A stretch of DNA of 64,000 nucleotides. Source: Cyanobacteria bacterium P01_F01_bin.150 (lineage in GTDB: Bacteria; Cyanobacteriota; Cyanobacteriia; CAKZMO01). The DNA lies in the NCBI GenBank assembly GCA_039189765.1, contig JBCCYL010000006.1, positions 32,001 to 96,000 of the forward strand, in the 5' to 3' direction. Made by a program: the position numbers and the translations under genes. Below are positions 34,794 to 44,895 of this stretch, piece after piece (the first letter of the stretch is position 1; each line of letters opens with the position of its first letter). The notes below the pieces were generated by a model. That model did no database searches, was not told where the DNA came from, and saw nothing but the letters and a program-made list of their open reading frames with translations.

Positions 34794-36161
34794 ATGCTGA
34801 ATCAAGCCTCCCTGGACGCGATCGCCACGGCCCGCACCAACGAAAACCTAGCCCATCCCCTCTACGACACCTACTGCTTTTCCCAAATTCCCCAAGCGAT
34901 CGCCCACTGCCTCACCGGCGAAGGCGACCTGGGACTCCCCGCCGACGTGCTCACCGGATTACCCACTACCTACCAAAAGGTAGTATTTATCTTTATCGAC
35001 GGCTTTGGCTGGCGCTTTATCAAGCGCTACGGCGACAACCTGCCGTTTCTCAAACGCTTTTTTGATAACGGCGTTGTTTCCCAACTGACCAGCCAGTTCC
35101 CCTCCACCACCGCCGTTCATACGACGACTATTCATACTGGCCTACCCGTCGGCCAGACTGGCATTGTCGAATGGAACTACTATGAACCCAGCCTTGATCG
35201 GGTGGTGTCGCCCCTGCTCTTTTCCTATGGTGGCGATCGCGACCGGGAAAATCTCAGCCAGGCAGGAGTAAACCCCAAAACAATCTTTCCCTTTTCCACC
35301 CTTTACCAGCGATTAGGAGAGATTCCCTCCTACTGTTTTCAGCATCAAAGCTATGCCCATTCTTCTTTTTCCCAAGCCGTTTGTGATGGAGCTACGATTG
35401 TTCCCTATCGCACCATTCCAGAAGCAATTACCACCCTACGCTCCTATTTAGACCAGCCAGGACAGGGCTACTATCTCCTGTATATCTCCAGTGTGGATGC
35501 CATTTCCCACCGCTATGGCCCCAGTTCCAGCGAGGCAGAAACCGAGGTGGAAACAGTGTGTGACCTGCTGGAATCATTACTTTGTGAATATATGGGGTCA
35601 TTAGCAACTTCATCGACGAAATCATCGCCAAAATCATCAACAGATACATTAATGCTCGTCAGTGCCGATCATGGTCAAATCGATATACTGACGGACAAAA
35701 AGGTGTATTTAAAGCAGCGCTGTCCCAAACTAGGGCAGTGGATGAAGCGCGATCGCCGGGGCGAACTGCTGGTGCCCAATGGTGGCCCCCGTGATTTCTT
35801 TGTGCATGTGCGAGAGGGCATGCTGGAGGACGCGGAGGCCTATTTAGAACAGCGGTTAGAGGGCTGTGCCACGATCTATCGAACTCAATGGTTACTGGAG
35901 CAGGGCTATTTTGGCAGTGAGGGTCCTCGGTTGCGCGATCGCCTCAGTGATTTAATTGTGATGCCCCACAAACACGTCACTATCTTTTGGCAACCCCGCT
36001 TTCAGGATCGCCTCAGCCATTGGATGCGCATTCCTGGCAAGGAATTTAACCAGCCCTGGCTCCCTAAAAAAGTCCGACAGCTAACCCGAGCCACCCATGG
36101 CCACCACGGCGGCTTGACCGAAGAGGAAATGACCATTCCACTGTTGGCTTGGGCCGTATAA
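34794..36161 (+). CDS. alkaline phosphatase superfamily / type I phosphodiesterase-nucleotide pyrophosphatase
   Basis: FIFIDGFG, FPSTT, D...H..G, SADHG and HGHHGG motifs. Confidence 0.9.
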   Translation: MLNQASLDAIATARTNENLAHPLYDTYCFSQIPQAIAHCLTGEGDLGLPADVLTGLPTTYQKVVFIFIDGFGWRFIKRYGDNLPFLKRFFDNGVVSQLTSQFPSTTAVHTTTIHTGLPVGQTGIVEWNYYEPSLDRVVSPLLFSYGGDRDRENLSQAGVNPKTIFPFSTLYQRLGEIPSYCFQHQSYAHSSFSQAVCDGATIVPYRTIPEAITTLRSYLDQPGQGYYLLYISSVDAISHRYGPSSSEAETEVETVCDLLESLLCEYMGSLATSSTKSSPKSSTDTLMLVSADHGQIDILTDKKVYLKQRCPKLGQWMKRDRRGELLVPNGGPRDFFVHVREGMLEDAEAYLEQRLEGCATIYRTQWLLEQGYFGSEGPRLRDRLSDLIVMPHKHVTIFWQPRFQDRLSHWMRIPGKEFNQPWLPKKVRQLTRATHGHHGGLTEEEMTIPLLAWAV

Positions 36162-36210
36162 TCTGCGTTGAGCAACCCCTTGACTCCTTGAGATTCCTCA
36201 ATCTTAGAAA

Positions 36211-37464
36211 CTATTCAAATAAAGCGTCCACCGCTGCTGCAAATTGAGGATCATCCAGCGTTCCCCTTAACTGTTGATTATCTGAAAATCGCTGTCGATC
36301 CTCAGCCGTTAACGGCACTACAATATCAGGCTGTAGCCCCACTCCATTAATATCTTGGCCATTGGGTGTTAACCACTTGGCAACGGTCACCGCTAGGCCA
36401 GGACCATTTGACCGATCTCCCAAGGGTTTTACTGACTGAATAAGATTATTCCCAAACGTTGCAGTCCCCACTAATAGCGCTCGTTGGTTGTCCTGCAAGG
36501 CCCCAGCTAAAATTTCACTGGCGCTAGACGAACCCTCATCAATCAGAACCGCTAGGGGTTTATCGGTCAACTGTCTGCCGTTCGCCTCTTTCTGGTCCGT
36601 AATACCTTCACGATTAATCATTGAAAAAATTAAACCTTCATCCATCCACATCCGTGCAATCTCAATGGAACTGTACAAAAGTCCTCCAGAATTTGAACGC
36701 ATATCCAGGACATAAGCTTGAACATCCTCAGACTCAAGCTCTCGAATTGCATCTCGCATCTCTGACGCTGCATTGGCTGAAAATTGAGTAAAGCGTATAG
36801 AGCCAATGGCACCATAAGGTGATGGGTAGGACTCATATTTCACGGGACGAATGTCAATTGGACGACGCATAATCGTCAACTCTATAGGCTCACCAGCCCG
36901 CTTAATGGTGAGGTCAACCTCAGCATTCACGTCTCCACGTAACAACACCATCACCGTGGTAGTACTCATGCCGTCTGTAGACTGTTCATCAATTAAGGTA
37001 ACAATGTCACCGAATTGTATCCCTGCTTCAAAGGCAGGTGTATCTTCAAGGGGAGAAAAAGCAACAATTTCATTAGTTTGCTTATCCTGAAAGACACGCA
37101 GCCCTATGCCAACATTCCCCTCAGATGAATCGACCCTCATGGCATTAAATTCAGCAGGTGTCATAAAGCGAGAAAGAGGATCATCCAAGATCGCCATCAT
37201 TTCCTTAATGGCAGCATAAGCGGCATCCAGATTGTCGTAAGACCGACCGAGAAACTCACTGCGTACCGTCTGCCAATCCTGCTGATTAAACGTTTTATCA
37301 ATGTAAGTCCGATTGATTTCTTGCCAGACAGTATCAACCAGTTCCCTGGGATTTACTTGGAAATATGTGGCTTGAGATTGGGCGATCGCATCCTGAGATA
37401 ACGTAACGGCAGGAATACTAACCATCATGCCAGCGCCGATTAAAAAGGCTGAAAGATGTTTCAT
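36211..37464 (-). CDS. S41 carboxyl-terminal processing protease homolog (CtpA-like), catalytic Lys apparently replaced
   Basis: Signal peptide, PDZ (GIGL), LDMRSNSGG, SSSASEI, TFGNNLIQ (canonical TFGKG) and KWLTPNG. Confidence 0.9.
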   Translation of the reverse strand: MKHLSAFLIGAGMMVSIPAVTLSQDAIAQSQATYFQVNPRELVDTVWQEINRTYIDKTFNQQDWQTVRSEFLGRSYDNLDAAYAAIKEMMAILDDPLSRFMTPAEFNAMRVDSSEGNVGIGLRVFQDKQTNEIVAFSPLEDTPAFEAGIQFGDIVTLIDEQSTDGMSTTTVMVLLRGDVNAEVDLTIKRAGEPIELTIMRRPIDIRPVKYESYPSPYGAIGSIRFTQFSANAASEMRDAIRELESEDVQAYVLDMRSNSGGLLYSSIEIARMWMDEGLIFSMINREGITDQKEANGRQLTDKPLAVLIDEGSSSASEILAGALQDNQRALLVGTATFGNNLIQSVKPLGDRSNGPGLAVTVAKWLTPNGQDINGVGLQPDIVVPLTAEDRQRFSDNQQLRGTLDDPQFAAAVDALFE

Positions 37465-37601
37465 TGTACTGAATATGCTAGAGAACAGATTTAAATCACT
37501 GATTCATAAGTCTCAAGACCAAGCAAATATGCAAGTTAGGGTGTATATTTATCGTTAGCTTGAAGAAAAATAGCCCAAATTGCAACACTAAGCATCAGAA
37601 A

Positions 37602-37632
37602 GTCCCAGCTCATCCTGAGAATCAGCTGGGAC
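37602..37632 (-). terminator. probable intrinsic terminator
   Basis: GTCCCAGCT...AGCTGGGAC stem followed by TTTCT on the minus strand, after the RTX gene. Confidence 0.55.
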
Positions 37633-37679
37633 GACAATGATTGCCCTGTATTTCAAACCATGCGTTCAATGGATAGGCA

Positions 37680-40061
37680 CTAAATAATCAGGTCAGCCGC
37701 ATCAATTTGACCCACCTGAATATTTTCCAACCGAACGGTATTATTTTGAGCAAACGTAATTAAAGTATCATTGCCTACCTGCTGAAGATTAAGGGCATTG
37801 GGATCGATCGCCCCAGCCGCCACAAACGCACTGACATCCAGCAAATCCGTGCCATCCTGAAAATCCGTGACCACATCCGCACCCAAATCCGTGGGGGCAA
37901 AGACAAAGGTATCCGCACCACCATTCCCTGTCAGCCGATCATCGCCCAGACCACCGACCAGTTGCTCCGCTCCAGACCCACCCGTCAGCGTATCCGCACC
38001 ATCGCCACTGAGGATAGAGCCATTAACCGTTCCCTGGCTGCCATCGTACGTATCGTTACCGCTACCCAACAGCACATCACCGTTTAAGGTGCCGCTATTA
38101 TTGACCACCACAGACCCGATCGCCTCGATGGCATCGATCGCAGCCCGATTTCCAGTAATAATACCGCTGTTGTTAATCTCTCCAGCCAGAGCCACATCAA
38201 GAATTTCAACCCCGGCATCCGTCGCCAGAATAGAGCCGCTATTGTTGATATCGCCCTGGAACGTGACGCTGTCATCCCCCACACTAGAGAAGATCCGCAC
38301 CCCGTCACCGGACTGGTTGCCGTCCGCATTGCCCCGACCATACACTGTACCCTCATTGTTAACGCTGGCCGTTACGGTATCGCCACTGACATCTCCGGTC
38401 TGGAGGGAAATGCCTGCGCCGTTATTATCAGCCCCGGCATCAACAACACCATTGACGCCATTGTTAATCACATAATCATCCGCTGTTCCATCGGAGTAAA
38501 TTGTGCCGTTGCGCTGGTTGCCGGTTCCTAAAACGCTGCCATCGTTATTAAACGTCACTCCTGAGCCATCGATATTCACCGCACGGCTGGCACTCTGAAT
38601 AATTCCTTCATTGTCTACCACCGCAGTGTGGTTACCCGTGCCAAAATACAAACCGTTCTGCACACCGTCAATTAGCCCCGTATTAATCACGGTGCCGTCA
38701 AAACTGAGACCATTGGAAAAGCGAATCGCAGATGTGGGACCTTGGGTACTTTCAGACAGAATAGAGCCGCTGTTGAGAATATCGCCCTCAAAGGTCGTGC
38801 CGCCGCCGTCTACTCCAGAGAAAATGCGAATTCCATCTCCAGCCAAACCGCTGGTGGCGTCGCCTTGTCCCCGGCCTTGGATCGTTCCGGCATTGACAAT
38901 GGATGCCTCCACCGTATCGCCAGCGATCGCTCCCGTTTGTAACGCAATACCTGCGCCCTGATTCCCTTCACCCGCATCAATCAGGCCAGCGGTCCTATTG
39001 AAAATAGAATACTCATCCGCAGTGGCGTCAGAATAAATCGTGCCGTTGCGCTGATTGCCGGTCCCTAAGATGGAGCCTGAGTTATTTAAATCCACTCCAG
39101 TACCGTCAATATTGAACGCACGACTACCGCTTTGAATCGTGCCTCGGTTGTCCACGATAACGGCATGATCTGCATCACCAAAATACAAACCATTTTGGGT
39201 TCCATCAATCACTGCATTCTGGGCATTAAAAATTCGCCCTTGAAACCGCAGACCATCAGAAATCCGAATCGCCGAGGTGGGTCCTTGGGTACTGTCCGAC
39301 AGAATATTGCCCCGGTTAATCAAGCTACCGCGATAGATCGTACCGCCACCCTCTACACCGGAATAGACTCGAACACCGTCTCCCGCCAGTCCACTGGTGG
39401 CGTCCCCTTGGCCGCGACCTTGGATGGTACCCGTATTTCTTAGAGAGACATTCACCACGTCATTGGTAGTATTTCCTAATTCAAGGGCAATCCCTGCACC
39501 CTGATTACCGTCCCCTGCATCCACAAGACCATTGCGGCGGTTGGAAATGCGAATATTCTCTGCCGTGGCGTCCGCATAGATCGTGCCGTTACGCTGGTCA
39601 CCGGTGCCTAAAATATCGCCTTGGTTAATCACGGTGACATTACGACCGCCGATATTGACCGCACGACTATCGCTGGTGATCGTCCCGCTATTGCGCAATG
39701 TGCCCGACGACTGACCACCGTTGACAAAATCAACGCCATTAACGTCGCCATCAATCAGACCCCGGTTGATGATTAGCGATCGCCGTCCCGATACTTCCAC
39801 CCCTGTCTGCTCTGCCGTAATCTCACCGGATTGTTGGTTACGCACAATTCCACGGGCACCGTTCACTTCCACCGTCGCCGTTTCCCCCGTAGTGGAAGCG
39901 CTACCGCGATTGATAAAGGTGACGCGTCGATTATCCAGCGCTAGCACTGGGTCTCCATCAACGGTGGTCGAGAATCCTTGGCCAAGAATAAAGCGATCGC
40001 GATTTCTTGTGCTGGAACGGGGCTGATTATCATTGTTGGGGATATTGATCTGCTGTGCCAT
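37680..40061 (-). CDS. Gly/Asn-rich repeat protein with C-terminal RTX repeats (T1SS substrate candidate)
   Basis: Three approximately 180-aa units containing SRA.NI.G and GTG.QRNGTIY; C-terminal GGxGxD repeats and VTDFQDGTD. Confidence 0.88.
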   Translation of the reverse strand: MAQQINIPNNDNQPRSSTRNRDRFILGQGFSTTVDGDPVLALDNRRVTFINRGSASTTGETATVEVNGARGIVRNQQSGEITAEQTGVEVSGRRSLIINRGLIDGDVNGVDFVNGGQSSGTLRNSGTITSDSRAVNIGGRNVTVINQGDILGTGDQRNGTIYADATAENIRISNRRNGLVDAGDGNQGAGIALELGNTTNDVVNVSLRNTGTIQGRGQGDATSGLAGDGVRVYSGVEGGGTIYRGSLINRGNILSDSTQGPTSAIRISDGLRFQGRIFNAQNAVIDGTQNGLYFGDADHAVIVDNRGTIQSGSRAFNIDGTGVDLNNSGSILGTGNQRNGTIYSDATADEYSIFNRTAGLIDAGEGNQGAGIALQTGAIAGDTVEASIVNAGTIQGRGQGDATSGLAGDGIRIFSGVDGGGTTFEGDILNSGSILSESTQGPTSAIRFSNGLSFDGTVINTGLIDGVQNGLYFGTGNHTAVVDNEGIIQSASRAVNIDGSGVTFNNDGSVLGTGNQRNGTIYSDGTADDYVINNGVNGVVDAGADNNGAGISLQTGDVSGDTVTASVNNEGTVYGRGNADGNQSGDGVRIFSSVGDDSVTFQGDINNSGSILATDAGVEILDVALAGEINNSGIITGNRAAIDAIEAIGSVVVNNSGTLNGDVLLGSGNDTYDGSQGTVNGSILSGDGADTLTGGSGAEQLVGGLGDDRLTGNGGADTFVFAPTDLGADVVTDFQDGTDLLDVSAFVAAGAIDPNALNLQQVGNDTLITFAQNNTVRLENIQVGQIDAADLII

Positions 40062-40177
40062 GATGTGTGTCCTCCGTTGCCATCTGTGTGGCGGTGTATG
40101 TCACTACTAATGAGAAAAAACCGACCAAAGAAAACTGAGTCATCGTCTTTGGGCCAATCGTCTCTGTCAACGCTTTT

Positions 40178-40258
40178 ATAGTGAATGCCCTGGCTGAGAA
40201 TGAAGGTCAATAGGAAACGACAGATTGTTCGCCTGTTTCTTAGCCGATTCTCAGATTG
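40178..40258 (-). promoter_or_regulatory. conserved promoter/operator element, copy 2
   Basis: Matches 30069-30149. Contains the 11-bp-spaced direct repeat TTCTTA-N5-TTCTCA. Confidence 0.7.
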
Positions 40259-40639
40259 AAGGCGATCTACATCAGGTAAACATCAGGTGAACAATGGAGA
40301 TGCGTGCGCCCCAATTTGCCACAAGTTTGTTCCGCCATACGTTGGCACCCAGATTGAAGTATCTGTAAGCAAGCTGAAAATGGCTGTATAGTTTTGAAGA
40401 TTTTCTGTAAATAGCCCAATGAGGTAAGGGTTCAATCCCTAATCGTCATCTGTGTTACCACCTTGACACCCGTGAGGATGAACAATATTGATACAAACTC
40501 CAAACATAGCGTTGTAAATATTTTCAGCGTTACTGATGACTTCTGCCACGTTAATCATTTGGAGTTGTCACCTTGGAAGAGTTGCGTCTATCCAGACGCA
40601 TTTATTTAATCCCTATCAATTTCTATTGTTCCTCTTGCC

Positions 40640-41938
40640 ATGACCACTACCATACGACCGCCCGTCTTTGATCAGGGGGCTAGTGCAGAAGACTATCCGC
40701 TGAGTGCAGTCCCCCCCCGTGCGCGTAAATCTATTTACTCTTTGGCACCCATTTTAATTGGGTTCACATTATATTCAGGCACTCTCTTTGCCGGTGGAAT
40801 TGTGGGTCCTGCGGTTCAATTTTGGCCAAACTTAATCGGGCTAATTCTAGTAAGCAATCTGATTTTAGGGCTGTATGCTGCATTTCTTGGGTTTATTGCC
40901 GCAGAGTCTGGATTGACAACGGTGCTGATGGCTCGATTTAGTTTTGGGGATGTCGGCTCCCGCTGGGTTGATTTTATTCTTGGCTTTACCCAAATAGGCT
41001 GGTACGCCTGGGGTTCTGCCCTAATGGCAAAACTGTTAAATAGCCTGGCAGGCGTCCCCGAATCGTGGAATTGGGTACTCATTTTGTTTTTTACCTATGC
41101 CTGTTGCTCAACAGCTTACTTCGGCTATAAGGCAATGGACTGGCTCAGTCGCCTGGCGGTTCCTGCAATGGTGATTCTAATGGCCTGGAGTCTGTGGATT
41201 GCGGGAGGGGACGCGGGGGGATTTTCGGGTCTCCAAGCAACCGAGCTTGCTGAACCGATTCCGGCCAGCGCTGCCATCACGATTATTGTGGGTACCTTTG
41301 TGTCAGGAGGCACCCAGGCGACCAACTGGAGCCGGTTTGCTCGGTCAGGAAGTGCCGGTTTTCTGGCAACGCTCCTGGCTTTTTTCCTCGGTAATGGCTT
41401 TCTAATCTTTAGCGGAGCCTTTTGTGCCAAAGTCTATGGCAATCCCGATATTGTGGAGGTAATGGCACAACAGGGTCTATTAATTTGGGGTCTAATCCTG
41501 TTTTTCCTTAATATGTGGACCACCCAGGACAATACGATCTACGCCTTTTCCATTGCAGGCTCTAATATGTTTCGCACCCATAAACGCACGCTGTTTGTCC
41601 TAGGGGGAGCCACAGCAGCCCTAATGCTAGCCCTGGGCGGGATTTACGAAATGTTGGTGGACTACCTCATTTTACTAGGGACCTTTATTCCTCCCATTGG
41701 TGGAGTGATTATGGCGGACTATTTGATCCATCGTCAGGGCCAATTTCCATCCCTCAATCGTAGTCAGCCCGCATTTAACTGGTCAGGGATTGTAGCCTAT
41801 GTGGGGGCGTCGGCGATCGCCTACATTACCAGCCAAACATCATGGGGCATTGTGCCCATCAATGGCATTATCTCTGCGATTATTATCTACGTAGTTTTGG
41901 CCAAGCTGTTACCCCAAAATCGTGGCTTTATGTCTTGA
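40640..41938 (+). CDS. codB: cytosine permease (NCS1 family)
   Basis: Multi-TM protein with GFTQIGW, GTFVSGGTQ..NWSRF, LNMWTTQDNT.Y and IPPIGGVIMADY. Confidence 0.88.
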   Translation: MTTTIRPPVFDQGASAEDYPLSAVPPRARKSIYSLAPILIGFTLYSGTLFAGGIVGPAVQFWPNLIGLILVSNLILGLYAAFLGFIAAESGLTTVLMARFSFGDVGSRWVDFILGFTQIGWYAWGSALMAKLLNSLAGVPESWNWVLILFFTYACCSTAYFGYKAMDWLSRLAVPAMVILMAWSLWIAGGDAGGFSGLQATELAEPIPASAAITIIVGTFVSGGTQATNWSRFARSGSAGFLATLLAFFLGNGFLIFSGAFCAKVYGNPDIVEVMAQQGLLIWGLILFFLNMWTTQDNTIYAFSIAGSNMFRTHKRTLFVLGGATAALMLALGGIYEMLVDYLILLGTFIPPIGGVIMADYLIHRQGQFPSLNRSQPAFNWSGIVAYVGASAIAYITSQTSWGIVPINGIISAIIIYVVLAKLLPQNRGFMS

Positions 41939-41957
41939 GACCAACTCTACGCTCTAT

Positions 41958-43001
41958 TTATGAGCCTTCTGGGAAAAAAGCCGGATAGACAAAAGCAAAG
42001 GCCGTGCTGCTGGGAACAACAGTGCCATCGAGTTCTTCAACAATCACAGCTGATAACGCCTCATCCCAGCGGGCCACCACCGTCCGACCAGCAAACTCCA
42101 CCTCTTGAGTGCCGACCTGGCGTAATTCCTCATGAATAAACTGGTGACTGCTGCCTGAAAACTGATTGTGGGGCGTTTGCCCATCCGGTTCCCAAATATA
42201 GGAGGCGATCGCCTTGGGATGGTGGCGGAGGCGCTCCTGATTCCGAACCGGAAAAACAATCTGTTCGTTTGTGTAGTAGCTTCCGTAGGGGTAACCGCTG
42301 TAGTCTCGACTGTGGCCCGTGCGCGTAGACAAGATTTTGCTATCGGGATATTGCCTTAACCATTCCCCCAGGGTGGTTTTTACCGTGGGAACCCGATCCA
42401 GGAAATTATTCACGTTTGATCCCATAATCCCCATATTCCAAGGTTGGGAATAGAGGGTATCGTCAGCGCGATCGTACATCACCAGACAGCTCTGATAAAG
42501 CTTACCTGACACCCCAAAAGTAGTCTCACCTAGGTCAAAGGCCACAATGGTATCACACAAAGGACAGTAGGAAATGGCCACATTTTGGCCCCCTACCGTA
42601 TCATTCACCATCTCATGCCAGTTCATAATATTAAAGGGATAGGCCCTAGCATCGCCATCAATCACCACGCCGATCACTAAATCATCGGCCTTAAATGGCG
42701 TCGTTTGTGCCGTATCAAATTGCGGCGCATCAATACTAGGAATGCCGTCCTTGGGGGGTCCACCATTCAGCAATTGCTCCACCGCAATTCGAGTGGACGC
42801 CGTAAAGTCAGACTGCTGTTTTCGCAGATCGTCAAACTCTTGGTCCTGATTATGAAAAACCTGGGTTAGAGAATAGTAGCGCAGCTTAAAGTTGTCCCAA
42901 CCCCCGGCTTGGGCAATGGCCACTCCAAACAAGATTGGAACCATGACCATCGTTCCTAAACCAATGATTTGCAGCCGTTTTCTCAGAGTTGCACTATCCA
43001 T
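41958..43001 (-). CDS. DUF3179 domain protein
   Basis: N-terminal TM, GGPPKDGIPSID, RAYP..I..WHE.VND, YCPLC and FGVSGKLY. ATG 43001 chosen. Confidence 0.85.
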   Translation of the reverse strand: MDSATLRKRLQIIGLGTMVMVPILFGVAIAQAGGWDNFKLRYYSLTQVFHNQDQEFDDLRKQQSDFTASTRIAVEQLLNGGPPKDGIPSIDAPQFDTAQTTPFKADDLVIGVVIDGDARAYPFNIMNWHEMVNDTVGGQNVAISYCPLCDTIVAFDLGETTFGVSGKLYQSCLVMYDRADDTLYSQPWNMGIMGSNVNNFLDRVPTVKTTLGEWLRQYPDSKILSTRTGHSRDYSGYPYGSYYTNEQIVFPVRNQERLRHHPKAIASYIWEPDGQTPHNQFSGSSHQFIHEELRQVGTQEVEFAGRTVVARWDEALSAVIVEELDGTVVPSSTAFAFVYPAFFPEGS

Positions 43002-43292
43002 AGGTCGCTTTCCTAATGAATAAAAAGAATAAGAGCCTACTGCGTCTTTAAGTTTTAATTTTGAAGTCAATCCTCTGGGATTTACTTCAATTCTTAAGTT
43101 TAAAAGAGTACTAATTATCAGTCTTATTTTGATCGTTTTACCCCAGTTCTTAGATTAGATGTTGCTGAGAATGCCCTAAATAGAGCGCGCACATGCTTAT
43201 GATGGAAAGCATCCAGAATTCTCCGCCGTTTTGTAAAGAAGCCGGAGTTTTTAGCCAATCTAGCTCTGTAATGTGTCACATCAAACTGCATC

Positions 43293-44072
43293 ATGCCCAC
43301 TCCATCTGTTATGTCCACTACCGCATCTTCCGTTCTTCCGACCCAATCGTTTAAGCATTTACTGCCACATATTTGCGTTATTATTCCAGTGAGAAATGAA
43401 GAAGAGTCTATTTCTAGCGTGGTCTCTAGTCTCAAAAAGCTGGGTCTTAAAACCATTCGGGTCGTGGACAATGGCAGTGACGATCGCAGTGCGTTTCGGG
43501 CCAAAGCGGCAGGGGCAGAAGTATTACCAGAGCCAAAACCGGGCTATGGTCAAGCCTGCTGGACAGGGTTACAAAATCTCCCCAAGGCCACGGAATGGAT
43601 TCTATTTTGTGATGGTGATGGCAGCGATGATCCAGACGATATTCTAAATTTTTTAGAGGCAATTTTAGAGGAACATCCAACGCCAGAATTTATCGTGGGC
43701 GATCGCCGTGCTACCGCAACGGGAAAAGCAGCCCTGACTCCTATTCAAAACTTTGGTAACGCCCTCGCGTCTACCTTAATTCACTGGGGCTGGGGGTTCA
43801 GATACCATGACTTGGGGCCACTTCGCTTAATTCGGCGCTCTGCATTAGAAGCAATGCAGATGCAAGACCGAGGCTTTGGCTGGACTGTGGAAATGCAAAT
43901 TCGTGCGGTGGAGCTTGGCCTTCACATTCGAGAGCTACCCGTAAATTATCGCCCGCGTCAAGGGGGACAGTCTAAAATTTCCGGCACCTTGTTAGGAAGC
44001 GTTAAGGCCGGCACCATTATCTTAAAAACCGTGGTTCAACGATATAGCAAAACCCTAGTCAAACAAATTTAA
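43293..44072 (+). CDS. glycosyltransferase family 2
   Basis: VIIPVRNEE, VVDNGSDD, FCDGDGS and GWTVEMQ. Confidence 0.92.
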   Translation: MPTPSVMSTTASSVLPTQSFKHLLPHICVIIPVRNEEESISSVVSSLKKLGLKTIRVVDNGSDDRSAFRAKAAGAEVLPEPKPGYGQACWTGLQNLPKATEWILFCDGDGSDDPDDILNFLEAILEEHPTPEFIVGDRRATATGKAALTPIQNFGNALASTLIHWGWGFRYHDLGPLRLIRRSALEAMQMQDRGFGWTVEMQIRAVELGLHIRELPVNYRPRQGGQSKISGTLLGSVKAGTIILKTVVQRYSKTLVKQI

Positions 44073-44109
44073 ATTTAAGACCTGTCAAAATATGGGCAAT
44101 AACTATTTT

Positions 44110-44838
44110 CTATATCATTTTCTGATAAACCAGATATGCGTTTTCAGAAGCCACCTCTTTCAACTGAAATCCACCAATTTTCATCGTACTTTCTAGCATT
44201 TGACCATGCAGCATTAAGAACTTATGACGCTCACTGGCCAGTAGTTCTTCTCGTTTTTTAAAAATATAGTCTTTTTCCCAAAAGTACATTTCTTTATCGT
44301 CTAGAGAAGAAATATAGCTTTTCTGACTGTAAACAATACTGTTACCAATGTCTCGCTGCTGATCCGCATCAGTCTCCTCTGATTGTATGCTCAGCACCAA
44401 CAAGCCTCGATTCACTAAATAATCGGCCAGATTTCTTAAGAGCTTAATTGTACCCTCTAAATTGGTAATAAAACTGTACATATGGTAATCATTATCAATC
44501 AGGTCAAAACCTAATGGACCAGCGTGAGAATAAACTATATCAAAAGATTCTTCCAGATCAAGTGATAGGACATTCCCTTCTAACACCCTAGCTCGATTTG
44601 CCAAACGAGCTTTACTCCGCTCTAACATAGCAGGACTATACTCTAATCCAGTCAAATCATAATTTGGATTGATATCGAGTAGTTTTTCCGCTAATAAACC
44701 CGTTCCCAAACCAATTTCAAGAACTTTTTTTCGAGTTTTAATAATATTGTTGAGAGAGTGAGCTGCTTGTGTGTGATTGTAGTACCCACTCTTCATCACT
44801 AAGTCATAATATTGAGCAATCGCATCATACTGCTTCAT
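44110..44838 (-). CDS. class I SAM-dependent methyltransferase
   Basis: VLEIGLGTG motif I, GLEYSPAML and FDIVYS. Confidence 0.88.
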   Translation of the reverse strand: MKQYDAIAQYYDLVMKSGYYNHTQAAHSLNNIIKTRKKVLEIGLGTGLLAEKLLDINPNYDLTGLEYSPAMLERSKARLANRARVLEGNVLSLDLEESFDIVYSHAGPLGFDLIDNDYHMYSFITNLEGTIKLLRNLADYLVNRGLLVLSIQSEETDADQQRDIGNSIVYSQKSYISSLDDKEMYFWEKDYIFKKREELLASERHKFLMLHGQMLESTMKIGGFQLKEVASENAYLVYQKMI

Positions 44839-44895
44839 TTTTTAGTATCCTTTCAAGGTTTATCATATTCATTATGATATTGCTCATAGAGCACA

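Noticed and set aside
40260..40639. NtcA box or riboswitch upstream of codB
   Set aside because: No exact GTA-N8-TAC and no recognisable aptamer; only a weak GTT-N8-GAC.
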